Assembly: GCF_006345805.1 (NCBI RefSeq)
Contig: NC_043002.1
Location: forward strand, 40,858,001 to 40,922,000
DNA from: Octopus sinensis
Lineage: Eukaryota
Reading direction: 5' to 3'
DNA: 64,000 nucleotides
The position numbers and the translations under genes are program-made. The notes under the pieces are model-generated. The model saw only the letters and a program-made list of their open reading frames with translations, had not been told where the DNA came from and did no database searches. Position 1 is the first letter of the stretch. Each line of letters begins with the position of its first letter. Shown here piece by piece: positions 11,895 to 25,319 of this stretch.

Positions 11895-11937
11895 GTCATT
11901 ATTTCGAAGCAAATCTGTCAGTGATCTGCGTAATTGA
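11895..11937 (+). CDS. Gene 1 probable last coding exon (SLFRSKSVSDLRN*)
   Basis: Long pyrimidine tract + gcag, phase 2 compatible, TGA at 11935-11937. Weaker alternative acceptors at 9426 and 9697 also give short in-phase ends. Confidence 0.6.
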
Positions 11938-12554
11938 CCTAAATGTGGACATCATAGGACAAATCTGATTTGCAACCTTGCCTCCTGGTTACAATTTTTC
12001 AAGCTTTTTACTCAACACAAATTAATATTTTCGTGATTTGGTGTTTTATCTCCTCAAAAGTTCTCTACGCATTTCACCAATTCTTTTTAAATGATAAAGA
12101 CAATGTTTGTCTTAAGATAAGCTGAAGAATTTCGCAAAAATCTCAATAGAGATTAGAGGACCATGAGCAGAGTATATCAAAACAAGTAAAGATTTTAACA
12201 TTATAGTCCCCAATATCTTAAAGATGTCAGATCATAGTTTACTCTCTTAGCTCTTGATCTGTGTGCATGTGGGTATGTATATATGTACATATGGAATCAT
12301 AGAATAAAAGACTGTCCTTTCTGTGAAAGGGCTTATATCTTGCTCTAATGGAAACTTTTGTAACTAAACAAACCTTCTGTTTTGGAATACACGCATACAG
12401 ACACACATACACACATGTGGATAATACATACATATATATATGTATGTATGTATATATGTGTATGTATCCTATTTATAATATTTCAGGACTATGTTGTGAG
12501 GTCATTATTGTTTTAATGAAAATGATATAAAAAAAGAAATCTCATGGGCCAAAT

Positions 12555-14653
12555 GTACAGACATATAGCTGATTCCATGAAAAGGAATTTTGGAACCCAT
12601 GATCTCAGATTTTCATCAAATTTTGACCAGTTCTTTCTATCGGTAAGAACAGAAAAAGTGCAAAATTTCAGACTCAATCTCCCAAAGGTATGCCGATTTG
12701 AAATTTGACTCAAATCATTCACTTTTAGGCCTTGAATTTGAAAGCCACAATAAATGATGTAATTACTCTCAATCCACATGGACTATTTTTCTGAAAATTT
12801 GTGAATTTCTGTGCTGAATCTGAATTTAAAGAGAAAAGAGTGTATTTCTCATGGCAAAGTGCTTGTTTTCTTGAATCAAAATGAAAACACTTCGTTTTTT
12901 TTTCTTGATACTGCTGTGTGCTGAAAGTGAAATTCCCCGAAGTGCCCAAATCCTACATCTTCAAAACAGTTTGCTCATAAACTGAACATAATGTTTTACT
13001 TGTGTGCATCCAACATTGAAGGCAAGTCACAGTTCAAGAGGTAATAATGCGACAAATATCATTTTCAGACTTAATATTGCTTACATATAACATTTCTGAG
13101 TCATATTAATCCTGTTGTGATTGAGGGACTTTGTACCCTCCTGTCCACACCAAATTTTCACAGGTTCCAGGAATGTTTATACCATGACAAAACTCTACAC
13201 ACATTGTCATGCTCTTTTCCACTCTCACAAAATCTTTTTTCCTGGGCATTTTTCAGGAAAATTCATCATCACAAAAGAAAGTTGTAGTTGCATCAAGAAT
13301 CTCTTGATTGAGCCTCTGTCGTGGAGCAATATCAGGACATCCAGTGATGCCTTTATCATCATGCAGCAACCTGGCTTTTTGAATGGTACTTTTTGACACA
13401 GAATTCTTTTGCAGCTTTTCTAATAGACCAAGAATTTGGAACCAAAGTCAAGATCTGAATTTCTTGCCTTTGCCCAATGCTTTTAATTTTTTCCTTCATA
13501 CACTGCACCAAGTAATCTAGATCATTTGCTTTTGACTGTGTCTCTTTGCCAATGTTCACTAGATTTTCTTCTTGAAGATCAGAATCATTGACTTTTAGCA
13601 CACAAACAAGTTTTTTTGCGACTGCTTTCTCAACTTGCTTCAATGTTTTCAAATGATAGTCTTTGCCATGCAATACACTCACAGTGCATGATGTTTTTAT
13701 TTTGGACCTTCTTATCAGGAATTTTGGTTATCTGTGTGGAATTTAAAATATAATATTGAGGCAACACATTGATAAGAGACAGTCACAGGTTAATACTTTA
13801 ATTGGAAAGGCTGAAGGAAGCCCGACTGAAATTTGAATTCATACTTCAATCTCTTGCCCTGGTGATCAAAACACAGAGAAGCTGAAGAAAATTCATTAAA
13901 ATCACAAATGGGGCTTCCCTTTTCATGACAGGGAAACATGCCGATCAAGATGAATGCTTACACGTGATGAACTGACAACACAACACAACTCAAACCAACA
14001 CCAGAATCACCTGTGCTGATATGAACATTGTGAGAACAGGATTTGAAGAAGAAAACAGGATGTGACAATTTCATCTGACTTCTGTGTTTACTGTGATTGT
14101 GGTTGGAAAATATCAAATGAATGGCTCAACTTGGTGGTTTGTAACTTTTGATGTTTTGAGAGTACCATTAAGATTTTTTCACACACAAGTAAAAGATTAT
14201 GTCCAATTTATGTGCAAACATTTTTGAAGCTGTAAGATTTGGGCACTTCCGGGAATTTCGCTTTGAGTACACAGCAGTGTCAAGGAGAAACGGTGAAGTG
14301 TTTTCATTTTGAAAACAAACACTTTACCATGAGAAATACACTCTTTTCTCTTCAAATTCAGTTTCAGCACCCCAAAAAATGATCAGGTACAAATGTTTAG
14401 AAAAATAGTCCATGTAGATTGAAAGTTATTACATTATTTGTTGCAGCATTGAAATTCAAGATGGCAGCTGCTAGCCTAAAATTGGGTGATTTGAGCCAAA
14501 TTTCAAATCAGCATAACTTTTTAACCTGTTGGGAGTTGGGGTCTGAAAGTTGGCACTTTTTTTGTTCTTACTGATAGTAACAACTGGTCATAATTTGATG
14601 GAAATCTGAGATGGTGGGCTTCATGCCTGTCCAACATTTATATGAAATTACCC
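12555..14653 (-). mobile_element. Defective DNA transposon with ~430-bp imperfect TIRs and transposase remnants (family unassigned; Sola-like possible)
   Basis: ~12590-12985 is the reverse complement of ~14205-14615. Internal minus-strand pieces read ...EKIKSIGQRQEIQILTLVPNSWSIRKAAKEF and ...FCDDEFS*KMPRKKDFVRV. Confidence 0.75.
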
Positions 14654-15284
14654 CTATACCATATATATACATATGGCTGTACGTGCATGTGTACATATAG
14701 ATTGCTGCTACAATTGAAAACAAAATGATAATAATACATTGAGATTGCTGACTTTCATTAGTAAATCCCTCTTTTGTTACTTTTCCTTCAACATATTAAA
14801 TAAATTTTTTTAACTTCTAATATACAGAATTTCTTAATTTGATTTTGAGCTCTGTTCAGTTCAATCAACCCAGGAATTTTACATATGACTACCCTTACAC
14901 AACACAAAAAAAATACAGAAAGTCAAAATAGCAAACCTGTCTTGTACATATACAGACAAATGCACACGCTAGAATTGCATACATTTTATATAAATTATGA
15001 ATAAAAGCATGAAGCATGTATTAGTGTTTGTTGTTATGTACTACACACACTCACACAAAAAATTTTAGATATTTTTATTCTCTCTCTTTTTACTTGTTTC
15101 AGTCATTTTGACTGCGGCCATGCTGGAGCACCGCCTTTAATCGAGCAACTCGACTCTGGGACTTATTCTTTGTAAGCCCAGTACTTATTCTATCAGTCTC
15201 TTTTGCCGAACCACTAAGTGACGGGGACATAAACACACCAACAATGCTAGGGGGACAAACACAGACACACAAACATACATGCAC

Positions 15285-15336
<52 letters not shown>

Positions 15337-15599
15337 TATATATATATATACATATATACGATGGGCTTCTTTCAGTTTCCATCTACCAAATCCACTCACA
15401 AGGCTTTCGTCGGCCCGAGGCTATAGTAGAAGACACTTGCCCAAGGTGCCACGCAATGGGACTGAACCCGGAACCATGTAGTTGGTAAACAATCTACTTG
15501 CCACACAGCCACTCCTGCACCTATGTCTACTTTCCATAGTCATGGGTTGAACATTTTGACAGGATCCATTGGGCTGGAGAACCATGTCTTGTTTCAGTT

Positions 15600-15850
15600 T
15601 TACAGTTTTACTTAGAAGAAATTATAGAGTAATTAAACTTTTGGATTAAGTTACAAAGGTCATAAAGAACGTTATAGCACAATTGGTCTGTGACAGAGCA
15701 GACCTAAATGAGATGAAGTTTGGTTTGATGCCCAAAGTACCACAAATGCTATCTTCCTAATGAGGCAGCTGTAGAGGAAATACTTTGCTCAAAGTAAGTC
15801 ACTATTCCTGGAATTTGTTGACTTGGAGAGAATGTTTGGTACCAAGTTCA
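15600..15850 (+). mobile_element. Degraded RTE RT fragment
   Basis: RRNYRVIKLLD*VTKVIKNVIAQL...TNAIFLMRQL. Confidence 0.65.
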
Positions 15851-16941
15851 GTAATTTGGTGGTCACTAATGAAACGAGGTGTAGATGAGTGACTTGTGAT
15901 TGTTATACAAGGTTTTTTTTTAACTAGCTTGTGAGTTGCCCAGTTTGTGCTTGGGCATGTACAAAAATGCAGTAAGGAAAGTGAAAGTCTGATTTCAGTG
16001 GCAAATCTAGCATGAAGCTAGAAGTCCATCAGACTCTCAGCATCATCGTTTGACGTCCGTTCTCCATGCTAGCATGGGCTGGATGGTTCGACCGGGGATC
16101 TGGGAAGCCAGAAGGCTGCACCAGGCTCCAGTCTGATCTGGCAGTGTTTCTACAGCTGGATGCCCTTCCTAACGCCAACCACTCCGTGAGTGTAGTGGGT
16201 GCTTTTTACGTGCCACCGGTACAGGTGCCAGGTGAGGCTGGCAACGGCCACGGTCGGATTGGTGCTTTTTACATGCCACCGGCACAGAAGCCAGTCAAGG
16301 CAGCGCTGTGAGAATTACTATATATTGATGATCCAGTTATCATAGCTATATCACTCTTGCATACAAACACATGTGCATGCATGTGTGTGTGTGGATGGGT
16401 GTCTCATATATATACATATATTTATATATACAGAAAAGAGACACCCATCTGCACACACATAGGTAATAGGGATTAATAAATCCAAGCAGATATCTTGTAC
16501 ACGCTCATTGACTAGGCAAGCTTTGCTAACTACATCAAGTGATCAGATACAAATAGATTCAAAGAGAATTCACATCCACAGATATACCTCTTGTACGATA
16601 AGTACATCCAATATGGATTGATTTCTATTTTGTACCTTTTTTTTCTATATCTAAAAATGCTTACACAATAGAAATGATTACTGGACTAGTATGTGATATT
16701 ATATATCAAATACTAGTTCAGTAAACAAATAATTTGATATTATTATCCATTCTCCATGCTATCATGGGTTGGATGGTTTGACAGAAGTTGGTAAGTCAGT
16801 GGGACTGCACCAAGCTCCAATGTCTGCTTTGGCATGGTTGGATGCCCTTCATAACACCAACCACATTACAGAGTACACTGGGTGCTTATATATATATAAT
16901 CATCATTTAGCATCAGTTTTCCATGCAGGCATAGGTTAGAC

Positions 16942-17207
16942 CAGTGGTTCTCAACTAGGGTCCATATAAAATTTTGGTAGGTCAATGCAACAAAATAGTA
17001 AATTGAGGATCCACAATAATATTTTAAGGGCCCTGAAAAAATTTTGTTTTAGATGTATGTTTTGATATGTATTGCAAGAAACGGCTAGTTTTTTTATAGT
17101 TGACATTCTATAAAACTAGATTTTAAACATAGAATGGCTATGGGGGTCCACCAGAATAAAATAGTAATGAAATGGGTCCATAGATAAAAAATAGTTGAGG
17201 ACCTCTG
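16942..17207. mobile_element. hAT-type MITE inserted in a family D copy
   Basis: TIR CAGTGGTTCTCAAC / GTTGAGGACCTCTG; 8-bp TSD ggttagac / ggttagtt. Confidence 0.7.
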
Positions 17208-18339
17208 GGTTAGTTTTACTGGAACTGGTAAGCCAGAGATCTGTCTGATTTGGCTTGGTTTCTATGGCTGGATTTCTTTCCTAACACAACCCACTTTGCT
17301 GAGTGGACTGGGTGCTATATATATAAATATATCATCATTGCCATCATCATTGAGTGTCTGTTTTCCATCCTGGCATGCGTTAGACAGTTTGACTGAAACT
17401 GGTAAGCCAGAGATCTGTACCAGGCTCAAGTCTGATTTGGCCTGGTTTCTATGGCTGGATGCCCTTCCTAATGCTAACCATACCAAGAGTGTTAGAGGGT
17501 TCCTTTTGTGTGTCACTGGCATTAGCCACAGCTATGATTTCACTTAGCTTGATAAGTCTTCTCAAGCACACTGAGTCACCAAAGGTCTCATTCACTTGTC
17601 ATTGCCTCTGTGAAACCCAACATCTGAAAATCATGCTTCACCACCTCGTCCCATGTCTTCCTGGGTCTACCTCCTTCACAAATTCCCTCTACATTTGTGT
17701 CAATATGAATGCATGTATGTTGTGTGTTTTCAGGTCATCTCATCATGACATGTGCTAATTCAAAAACAAATGTTACTGTCATACCAGTGACACCATTTTT
17801 TGACAAATTTCCATGAAAACATAGCTGGCCTTTGTGGTGCTTGTATTTGAAGGACTATGAAAAAGATTACCTTGCAGATGAGAGATGACAAGAAGAGCAT
17901 CCAGCCTTAGAAAATCATCCTCAAAGAATTTTATCTGAGTCATGCAAACATGGAAAAAAAAAAGTGTAAACACTGATGATACATATACATAGTAGTTATT
18001 CATTTTGTTTTTATTCGCTTTTTTCAAGCCTAGTCAGGTTCATGGGCCCGGTTTCCCAGTTTCTGTGGCGTATGTATTCCCCCCAGCTGGACGGGATGCC
18101 AGTCCATCGCAGCGTTACTCAAGAAACAGGAAGAAAGTTGGGGCGAAAGAGTACAACAGGGGTCGCCACCACCCCCCTGCCTGAGCCTCGTGGAGCTTCA
18201 GGCGTTTTCGCTCAATAAACACACAACGCCTGGCCTGGGAATCGAAACTGCAATCCTCCGACCACGAGTCCGTTGCCCTAACCACTGGGCCATTGCGCCT
18301 CCACTATACACAGTAGTAGGTCTTAAAATGAACTGCATG

Positions 18340-18880
18340 CAAATGAAAGATATAACACAAGGCTGAATAGAGAGGGGAATCAATGAAATTGAGGAGGTAA
18401 AGAGGTATATTTTCTTAGGGCACACACAGATATAAATGTTGAAATCTCGAAGAGTATGAGGGCAGGATGGAAGGTATTTAACTCAATAAAGGAAGTGCTC
18501 CAATCAAAGCCAAACAATGCCGTATGTGCCAGATTCTTCAATAGTACTGTCCTACCTGTGCTCTTATATGCGAGAAGGGAGCTACTAAGAAGAGGATAGA
18601 ACATCAATAGGCTGCAATGCAAAGGGCCATGAAATGCAGTAAATGATGTGATTGCAGGGTACCAAAAGCACAAATTCTGCAGGGTCAGACATGTTGCAAG
18701 GTTCACAGATAACAGGTGGGCCTGTGCAGTTACTGAGTGGTATCCAAGAGATCAGAAAAGGCTTCTATGATGATGGGAAGACAATTTAGTGAAGCAATTT
18801 GGATCAAGATGGTAAAGAATGACAATAAAGACAGAATTGGAAGTGGAGTGTGTAACAGCATCTGACGGCCTGGTCAATGT
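18340..18880 (+). mobile_element. RTE-clade LINE RT C-terminal fragment
   Basis: YIFLG...RAGWKVFNSIKEVL...FNSTVLPVLLYA...HVARFTDNRWACAVTEWYPRD. Confidence 0.8.
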
Positions 18881-19238
18881 TGTGGTATATAACATGACTC
18901 CATACCATTTAAAAGAAATGAATAGATTGGATAATGTAGCCAGGTGTATACTGCAGCTATAAGCAAAAATAGTAGATGGGGGTGGTCATGATTAGAGTGC
19001 CTTTGCTCAAAGGCCTCCACAATAATAGCCATATTGTAGAGAAATCTTAACTTATTATTTTGTGCAGGCACAATTGTGGCTGTGAGGCTAAGAAGTTTGC
19101 TTTCTAGCCTCATCGTTTTGGGTTCAGTCTCCCTGCATGGCACCTAGGGTAAGTGTCTTTTACTATAGTCCCAAGCCAACCAAAGCCTGGTGAATGGATT
19201 TGGTAGATAGAAACTGAAAGAAGGCAACCATGTGTGTG

Positions 19239-19277
<39 letters not shown>

Positions 19278-19519
19278 GTGTGAATGTTTGTGTCTGCTTA
19301 TTTTGACTTTGTGTGACTGCTGTAAATGGATGTCATTCATTTCCAATATTCGTGAAAACGTAGCTGGCCATGGAGAAATATCATTTTGCTTGGGAACAGG
19401 TGAGAGTTGGTACAAGAAGCTTATTTGACCATAGAAAATATGCCTCAGTAAACTCTGAACCATGCAAGTATAGAAAAGTGGTTGTTAATGTACCTCACTA
19501 TGTATATATGTATTTCTAG

Positions 19520-19594
19520 GTGAATTGCATCGTCTACTATTGTCTGAGAAATGGATACAATGCAAATTAAGGCATCATTTGCTTTTCCACTCAG
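19520..19594 (+). CDS. Gene 2 candidate exon (ELHRLLLSEKWIQCKLRHHLLFHS)
   Basis: tttctag acceptor, G|gtattt donor, phase 1->1. Confidence 0.45.
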
Positions 19595-20170
19595 GTATTT
19601 GCATCTGGTAAAGCCAGGAACAATTGACAATCCTAGATTTTTATCATAATTAAATTTTATTTCAAAACTTTGCTTGAATAACTGTCTAAATTCATTAACT
19701 CAGGCAGACAAGCTTAATTAGACGTGTAATTTTATTAAGATAATTAATTCTTAACACTGAGCTGCGATCTCTCGTTTCAAGTCTGTGGTTTACGCATTCC
19801 GCAAGAGTTACACTTTAGTTTTCGTCTCCAACTATATTGTAATAGAGCTTCAATAGTTCTCTCTGGAATTCTCTGGAAATAAGCTAACATCTCTGTTTAG
19901 TGTGTTGCTGGAAAAGCTTTTAATATACATATATTATTCAATATTTGTGTTCCATCGTCATCGTATCCTTCTTCCGGGTATAACGTTTGAGATAACAAAT
20001 AGGAAATGATCAGTTTCCATATTTCCTTTCATATATAAATCTAGCAACCGAATATATATAAAAAAAGTATTCAATGTAAGGGACACAACCGTGCTTTGAC
20101 TAATTTGCTATAGCTTCCAATTTTTGTCTCCAGTCGCTATCGCAGCGAACTTATAATCTTTTTGATAAAG

Positions 20171-20250
20171 ACCAAATTTATAAAGAAGTGCTGCAGTTTA
20201 AATTATACTCGCCGTTTGCGTTACGTTATGTCTTCGATACATTACCCTCC
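20171..20250 (+). CDS. Gene 2 candidate exon (DQIYKEVLQFKLYSPFALRYVFDTLPS)
   Basis: Acceptor ataaag, donor TCC|gtaaac, phase 1->0 chaining to the next two exons. Confidence 0.5.
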
Positions 20251-20411
20251 GTAAACAAATATTTCGCTAACTGCATCACTTACCGCTAGTCAAACTGTGT
20301 CCACTGGATTCTTTATTCTGCAGTGTTGTTACACGAGATGAAATATTGTTAAAGTGTATTGCTTGTATTAACTGAATTGGTGAATTCTATTTATAATATG
20401 TTTTGATACAG

Positions 20412-20482
20412 AAGCTTTTCTTTTCCTGCCTTATTGCAATAACACAAAGGGAGATGAAGCCAGTTTACTCGTACCTCGAGGG
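20412..20482 (+). CDS. Gene 2 candidate exon (KLFFSCLIAITQREMKPVYSYLEG)
   Basis: ttttgatacag acceptor, GG|gtagga donor, phase 0->2. Confidence 0.5.
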
Positions 20483-20607
20483 GTAGGAGAAGGGGTTGTT
20501 AAAATACTGACCGTTTTTGATACTTATTTCATACAAGAGGAACTTGTCGGTACAAGCTTTCACGGGAATAAAGAAAGATTTTTACATCATGTTATTTTCT
20601 TTTCCAG

Positions 20608-20633
20608 GCGTTTCTGTGATCTTTTAGAAATTG
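20608..20633 (+). CDS. Gene 2 candidate 26-nt exon (RFCDLLEI)
   Basis: ttttcttttccag acceptor, TG|gtattt donor, phase 2->1. Confidence 0.5.
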
Positions 20634-21731
20634 GTATTTTTGATAACTATTTAGAGCGGGGAAGGTGGAGTAGAGGAAGAGAGAAATAGTCAATCACTTG
20701 GACTAAAGAACTTTAGAAGTATACAGTTTTTATCTCTTGTCATTCCAAGTTCAGTTATGTTGGAGTTTCCCTTGATCTTTTCATAATACCAGAGTTGATA
20801 AAATAAGTGCCTGTGAAACCAACATGGGAATTTGACCTGCTAGAGAAAGCAGTCAACTTACCCTTAATTTAAACCCTACTATTAAAAAAAAAAAATGGAT
20901 GCATTGCATAATGTAATCTTATACATAGAGTTGTGATGTCTTTGATCATGCGTCTGTTCAACCAGGGTCTCTATCCTAATTCTTTTTCCCAGCTAAGGAT
21001 GAATTATTGGAATATGCAGATATTTGACTGGTACTTTATTTTATTAATGCCAGAAGGATGAAAGGAAAAAATTAGATTGGAAAGATTTGAACCCAGAACA
21101 TAAAGAGCCACATAATTAAGTATTACAAGACATTTTCCCAATGTTCTAACAATTTTGTCAAACCACCATTTTTGTGATCTTCACGAAATTATCGTTTTCA
21201 TTTTGGGCCCCACATAGCTCAACAAAAACATTAGATTGTGGACATGTTGGGACACTACATTAACGGGTTTGTCTAGTAGGCTGAATGAATCAACCCCAGC
21301 ATTTATTTTTTTGAGCCTGGCACTTATTGCATGAGTCTCTCTTGCCAAACCACTAAGTTATGGGGACATAAATACACCCACCAACACCAGTTGTCAAACA
21401 GTGGTTGGGACACACACACACACAATGGGCTTCTTTCAGTTTCTGCCTATCAAATCCTCTTACAAGGCTTTGGTCGGTTCATGAATATAATGGAAGACAC
21501 TTGCCCAAGGTGCCATGCGGTGGGACTGAACCCGGAATCATGTAGTTGGGAAGTAAGCTTCTTACCACACAGCAGGAGTGGCTGTGTGGTAAGTAGCTTG
21601 TTTACCAACCACATGGTTCCGGGTTCAGTCCCACTGCGTGGCACCTTGGGCAAGTGTCTTCTACTATAGCCTCGGGCCGACCAAAGCCTTGTGAGTGGAT
21701 TTGGTAGACGGAAACTGAAAGAAGCCCGTCG

Positions 21732-21763
<32 letters not shown>

Positions 21764-22018
21764 TGTGTGTGTTTGTGTGTCTGTGTTTGTCCCCCTAGCA
21801 TTGCTTGACAACTGATGCTGGTGTGTTTATGTCCCCGTTACTTAGTGGTTCGGCAAAAGAGACCGATAGAATAAGTACTGGGCTTACAAAAGAATAAGTC
21901 CCGGGGTCGAGTTGCTCGATTAAAGGCGGTGCTCCAGCATGGCCACAGTCAAATGACTGAAACAAGTAAAAGAGTAAAAAGAGAGCCACGCCTGTGCTTA
22001 TATTTGTGACACTTTCAG

Positions 22019-22115
22019 AATTACATTAATACCAATCTTCAGTTTGTTGTAAAGACCTGTGATCTTGCTTGGACCAAAACATTCATCAGTATCTCTCAAC
22101 TTCTTTGTTCTCAAG
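22019..22115 (+). CDS. Gene 2 candidate exon (NYINTNLQFVVKTCDLAWTKTFISISQLLCSQ); alternative donor at 22140
   Basis: actttcag acceptor, single open frame, AAG|gtggct donor. Confidence 0.4.
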
Positions 22116-24224
22116 GTGGCTGTAAAATCCTCATCATTAGGTTTTAATGTCTACTTAATTGAGATAGATATTCTACAGCTAGATGCCCTTTCTCATGTTT
22201 TCAAAGAAAGAAATATTTCCCCATGGCCAGACATGTTTTTGTATAATGTTAGAAATGAAGGACACTGCTTATATGACAGTGGCACTTATTTACAACTGTC
22301 ACAGAATGTCAAGACAAGGGCACACACACATAATGATGGGTTTCTTTATAATTTCTATCTACTAAATCCGCTCACAATACTTTGGGGCTACAGTAGAAGA
22401 CACTTGTTCAAAGTGCTGTGCAGTAAGATTGAACCCAAAACCATGTGGTTGGGAAGCTAAATTCTTAACCACTTAGCAACCCCTGTGTAAAACATCTTAA
22501 TGGTTTTGGCAATAAAGTTAGAATCAGTCAACACCAGTTCAGATCCTACCAGCAATACTATTTGCTATGAAGTAAATAATTCACAAACATGGAAATTTAA
22601 ATGGTGCCATGAGAAAGCATCTGTGCTGGTGTCATGATAAAAGCACCTGTACTGGTGACACATAAAAAGCTCTGGTGCTGGTGCCTTGTAAACCTAAGAC
22701 CACTGGACCTAGGCTCTTGTGGTTGGGAAACAAACTTTTACAACACAGCCATGTTAAAATAAATAGCAGGACATATTGGCTAATATTATCATGAGTATAC
22801 TATATCTGGAAATAAGATGAGATGGTCATAGCTGGAATGCTTTGATTTTTACATCCTTGCTGCAAACAGTAAGGAATTGTTGAGAGGAATTATAAACCTT
22901 TAAGCTAACTATGGGTCCTTATTGTTGTGATTTATCCCCAGAGCAGCACTTAGGATGAAAAAAAATTCCAGCCATCATCACCTATCTTTTTCCTATATCT
23001 AAGATATTTGTCCTTCAGATAGAGTGCAATTTCAGGGAAATTGGGTGCTATTTCTAGCATGTTACATGACAATATAGAGCAATGATTCCCAAATGTTCTT
23101 ATGCCTCACACTCCTAGAAAATGTTTGATTAATTTTCTCACCCCTTACAAAAGTAATACCACATTTAAAGATGAAAAAGTCAATTTTGTAATAATTAATT
23201 AATTTTTTTTTTTAAATTGGACAACATGCAGTACCATGGAATAATTAAGTTCTTGGTGTGCTTAATAGAATAAAGCTGTTTTCAAGAGTAAGATAATAAT
23301 TGCTTTATTAAAAGTGAATTTAATAAAAGTATATTAATGTCTGGTTAAGAAGCTTACTTTGCAACCATGTAGTTTCATGTTCAATCCCACAGCATGGCAC
23401 CTTCAGCAAGTGTCTTCTACTATAGTCCTGGGCCAACGTATATCTTCCCAATGAATTTGGTAAACAGAAACTGTATGGCAGCATCATGTGTGTGTGTTTG
23501 AGTGGTTTGTGCATGTGTATATATATATATGTGTGTGTGTGTGTATATATATGATGATGATGATGTCTGTTTGTGTTGTGCGTATGTATATATATATTTA
23601 CATATATATATATCCAGTACCACCTGAGTGGCTCTCATGCTGGTGTCATGTAAAAGCACCCACTACACTCTCAGAGTGGTTGGCATTAGGAAGGGCATCC
23701 AGCTGTAGAAACTTTGCCAGATCAGATTGAGCCTGGTGCAGCCTCTGGCTCACCAGTCCTCATTCAAACCATCCAACCCATGCCAGCATGGAAAGTGGAC
23801 GTTAAATGATGATATATGTTACAATGTTAAAGCTAAGTGCACACGCACAGCAACGTTTAAGATCAATCTGTGCCAAGTGGCCTCACTCTGTATGCTTCAG
23901 CTTTGTTACTATGGCAACAGTCCGAATACTTATTGATCAGACCTTGTATGTATGTATGTATGCCTGTGTGTGCATCTTTGTGTTTATGCTTGTTTCCCCC
24001 ACTGCATGACAACCAATGTTAGTTTGTTTACACCCCTGTAATATAGCAATTTGGTAAAAGAGTCAGATAGAATGAAGGGATAAGTGTCAGACTTAAAAAA
24101 TAAGTAATGGGGTCAATTTGATCAACAAAACCCTCCTAAGTGGTGCCACAGTCTTGTGACTGAAACAAGTAAAAGCTAATAGAAGACAAAGATACCTCTT
24201 TGTTGCACCCTCTAAAATGCTAAT

Positions 24225-24844
24225 TCCCAACTAGGCCTTTCGCAATATCCTTAAAGCCAGGTGCTGAAAAGTTCCCAGCTTTGGGTAAAAGAAAATACTG
24301 GAGGATCAGTTAATTATGATTTTATCCAACGTATTTCCCCCTCAAATTCACACACTTACTGCAGTAAGCCTTCAGTCTTTCTAAGCCCTGTAAAAGAACT
24401 TGGAAGTCTTCCAACCAGGCCTTTTACAATACCCTTAAAGCTAGGTGCTGAAAAGTTCCTGGCTCTGGGTAAAAGAAAATACTGGAGGATCAGTTGATTA
24501 TGATTTTATTAAACGTATTCCCCTCTCAGATTCACACACTTACTGCAATGGTCCTTCAGTTTATCTGAACCCTGTAAAAGAACATGGAAGGTTGGGCTTC
24601 CAGCCGGGCCTTTCGCTATGCCCTTAAAACCAGGTGCTGAAAAGTTCCTGACTATGTGTAAAAGAAAATACCAGCGGATCAGTTAATTATGATTTTATTA
24701 AACGTATTTCCCTCTCAAATTCATACACTTACTGCAGTGGTCCTTCAGTTTTTCTGAACCCTGTAAAAGAACTTGAAAAGTTAGGCTTCCAGCCGGACCT
24801 TTCGCTATACCCTTAAAACCAAAAACTTTTCAGCACCACCTTGT
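24225..24844. repeat. Head-to-tail array (~185-189 bp, 3 units + partial) of a mariner-type MITE
   Basis: GGTGCTGAAAAGTT unit starts at 24260, 24444 and 24633; only the last unit keeps the right TIR. Confidence 0.85.
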
Positions 24845-25288
24845 ACTGTCTGTTGCTTTACAACCGTATTCAATATCTAATGTAGTTACCGATTTCACTC
24901 ACCAGACATGTAAATACCTCTACTCTTATCTTATAAAGTGTCAAAGTAATTATGAAAGCTCAAAATATTTCAACACCATACTCTGTCTAACTGTTATAGA
25001 AATGTTCAAATTTGTCTAAACTATTGTATCTATCAAGCCAGCACAGAATAATTGGATGTTGTTAACAATAAATAAATGCATAATTAACTAAAACTAATTA
25101 ATTAATTATTTTAAGTAAATAAATAAAAAAAAATCATTAAGTATTATGTTTATTTTATTATTTATGATTGCTAAATGAAACATAAAAGAGTTGATCATTA
25201 AGTTGTATTATTCCCATACATGCATGTATATATACATACATACATATGAACATACACACATATATATGTATATATATAATTATGTATG

Positions 25289-25319
<31 letters not shown>

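Larger units (their letters stand above)
19740..20640. promoter_or_regulatory. CpG-retaining non-repetitive island (possible unmethylated or promoter-proximal region)
   Basis: Roughly 30 CpGs in ~0.9 kb of AT-rich unique sequence against a depleted background (counted by eye). Confidence 0.5.

Noticed and set aside
15540-15628. Apparent clean exon SWVEHFDRIHWAGEPCLVSVLQFYLEEII
   Set aside because: Its donor side is RTE RT sequence (NYRVIKLLD) and its 5' side resembles family D; chance splice signals
20284-20390. Minus-strand donor GCG|gtaagt suggesting a divergent gene
   Set aside because: No convincing acceptor or next exon; the plus-strand chain explains the region better
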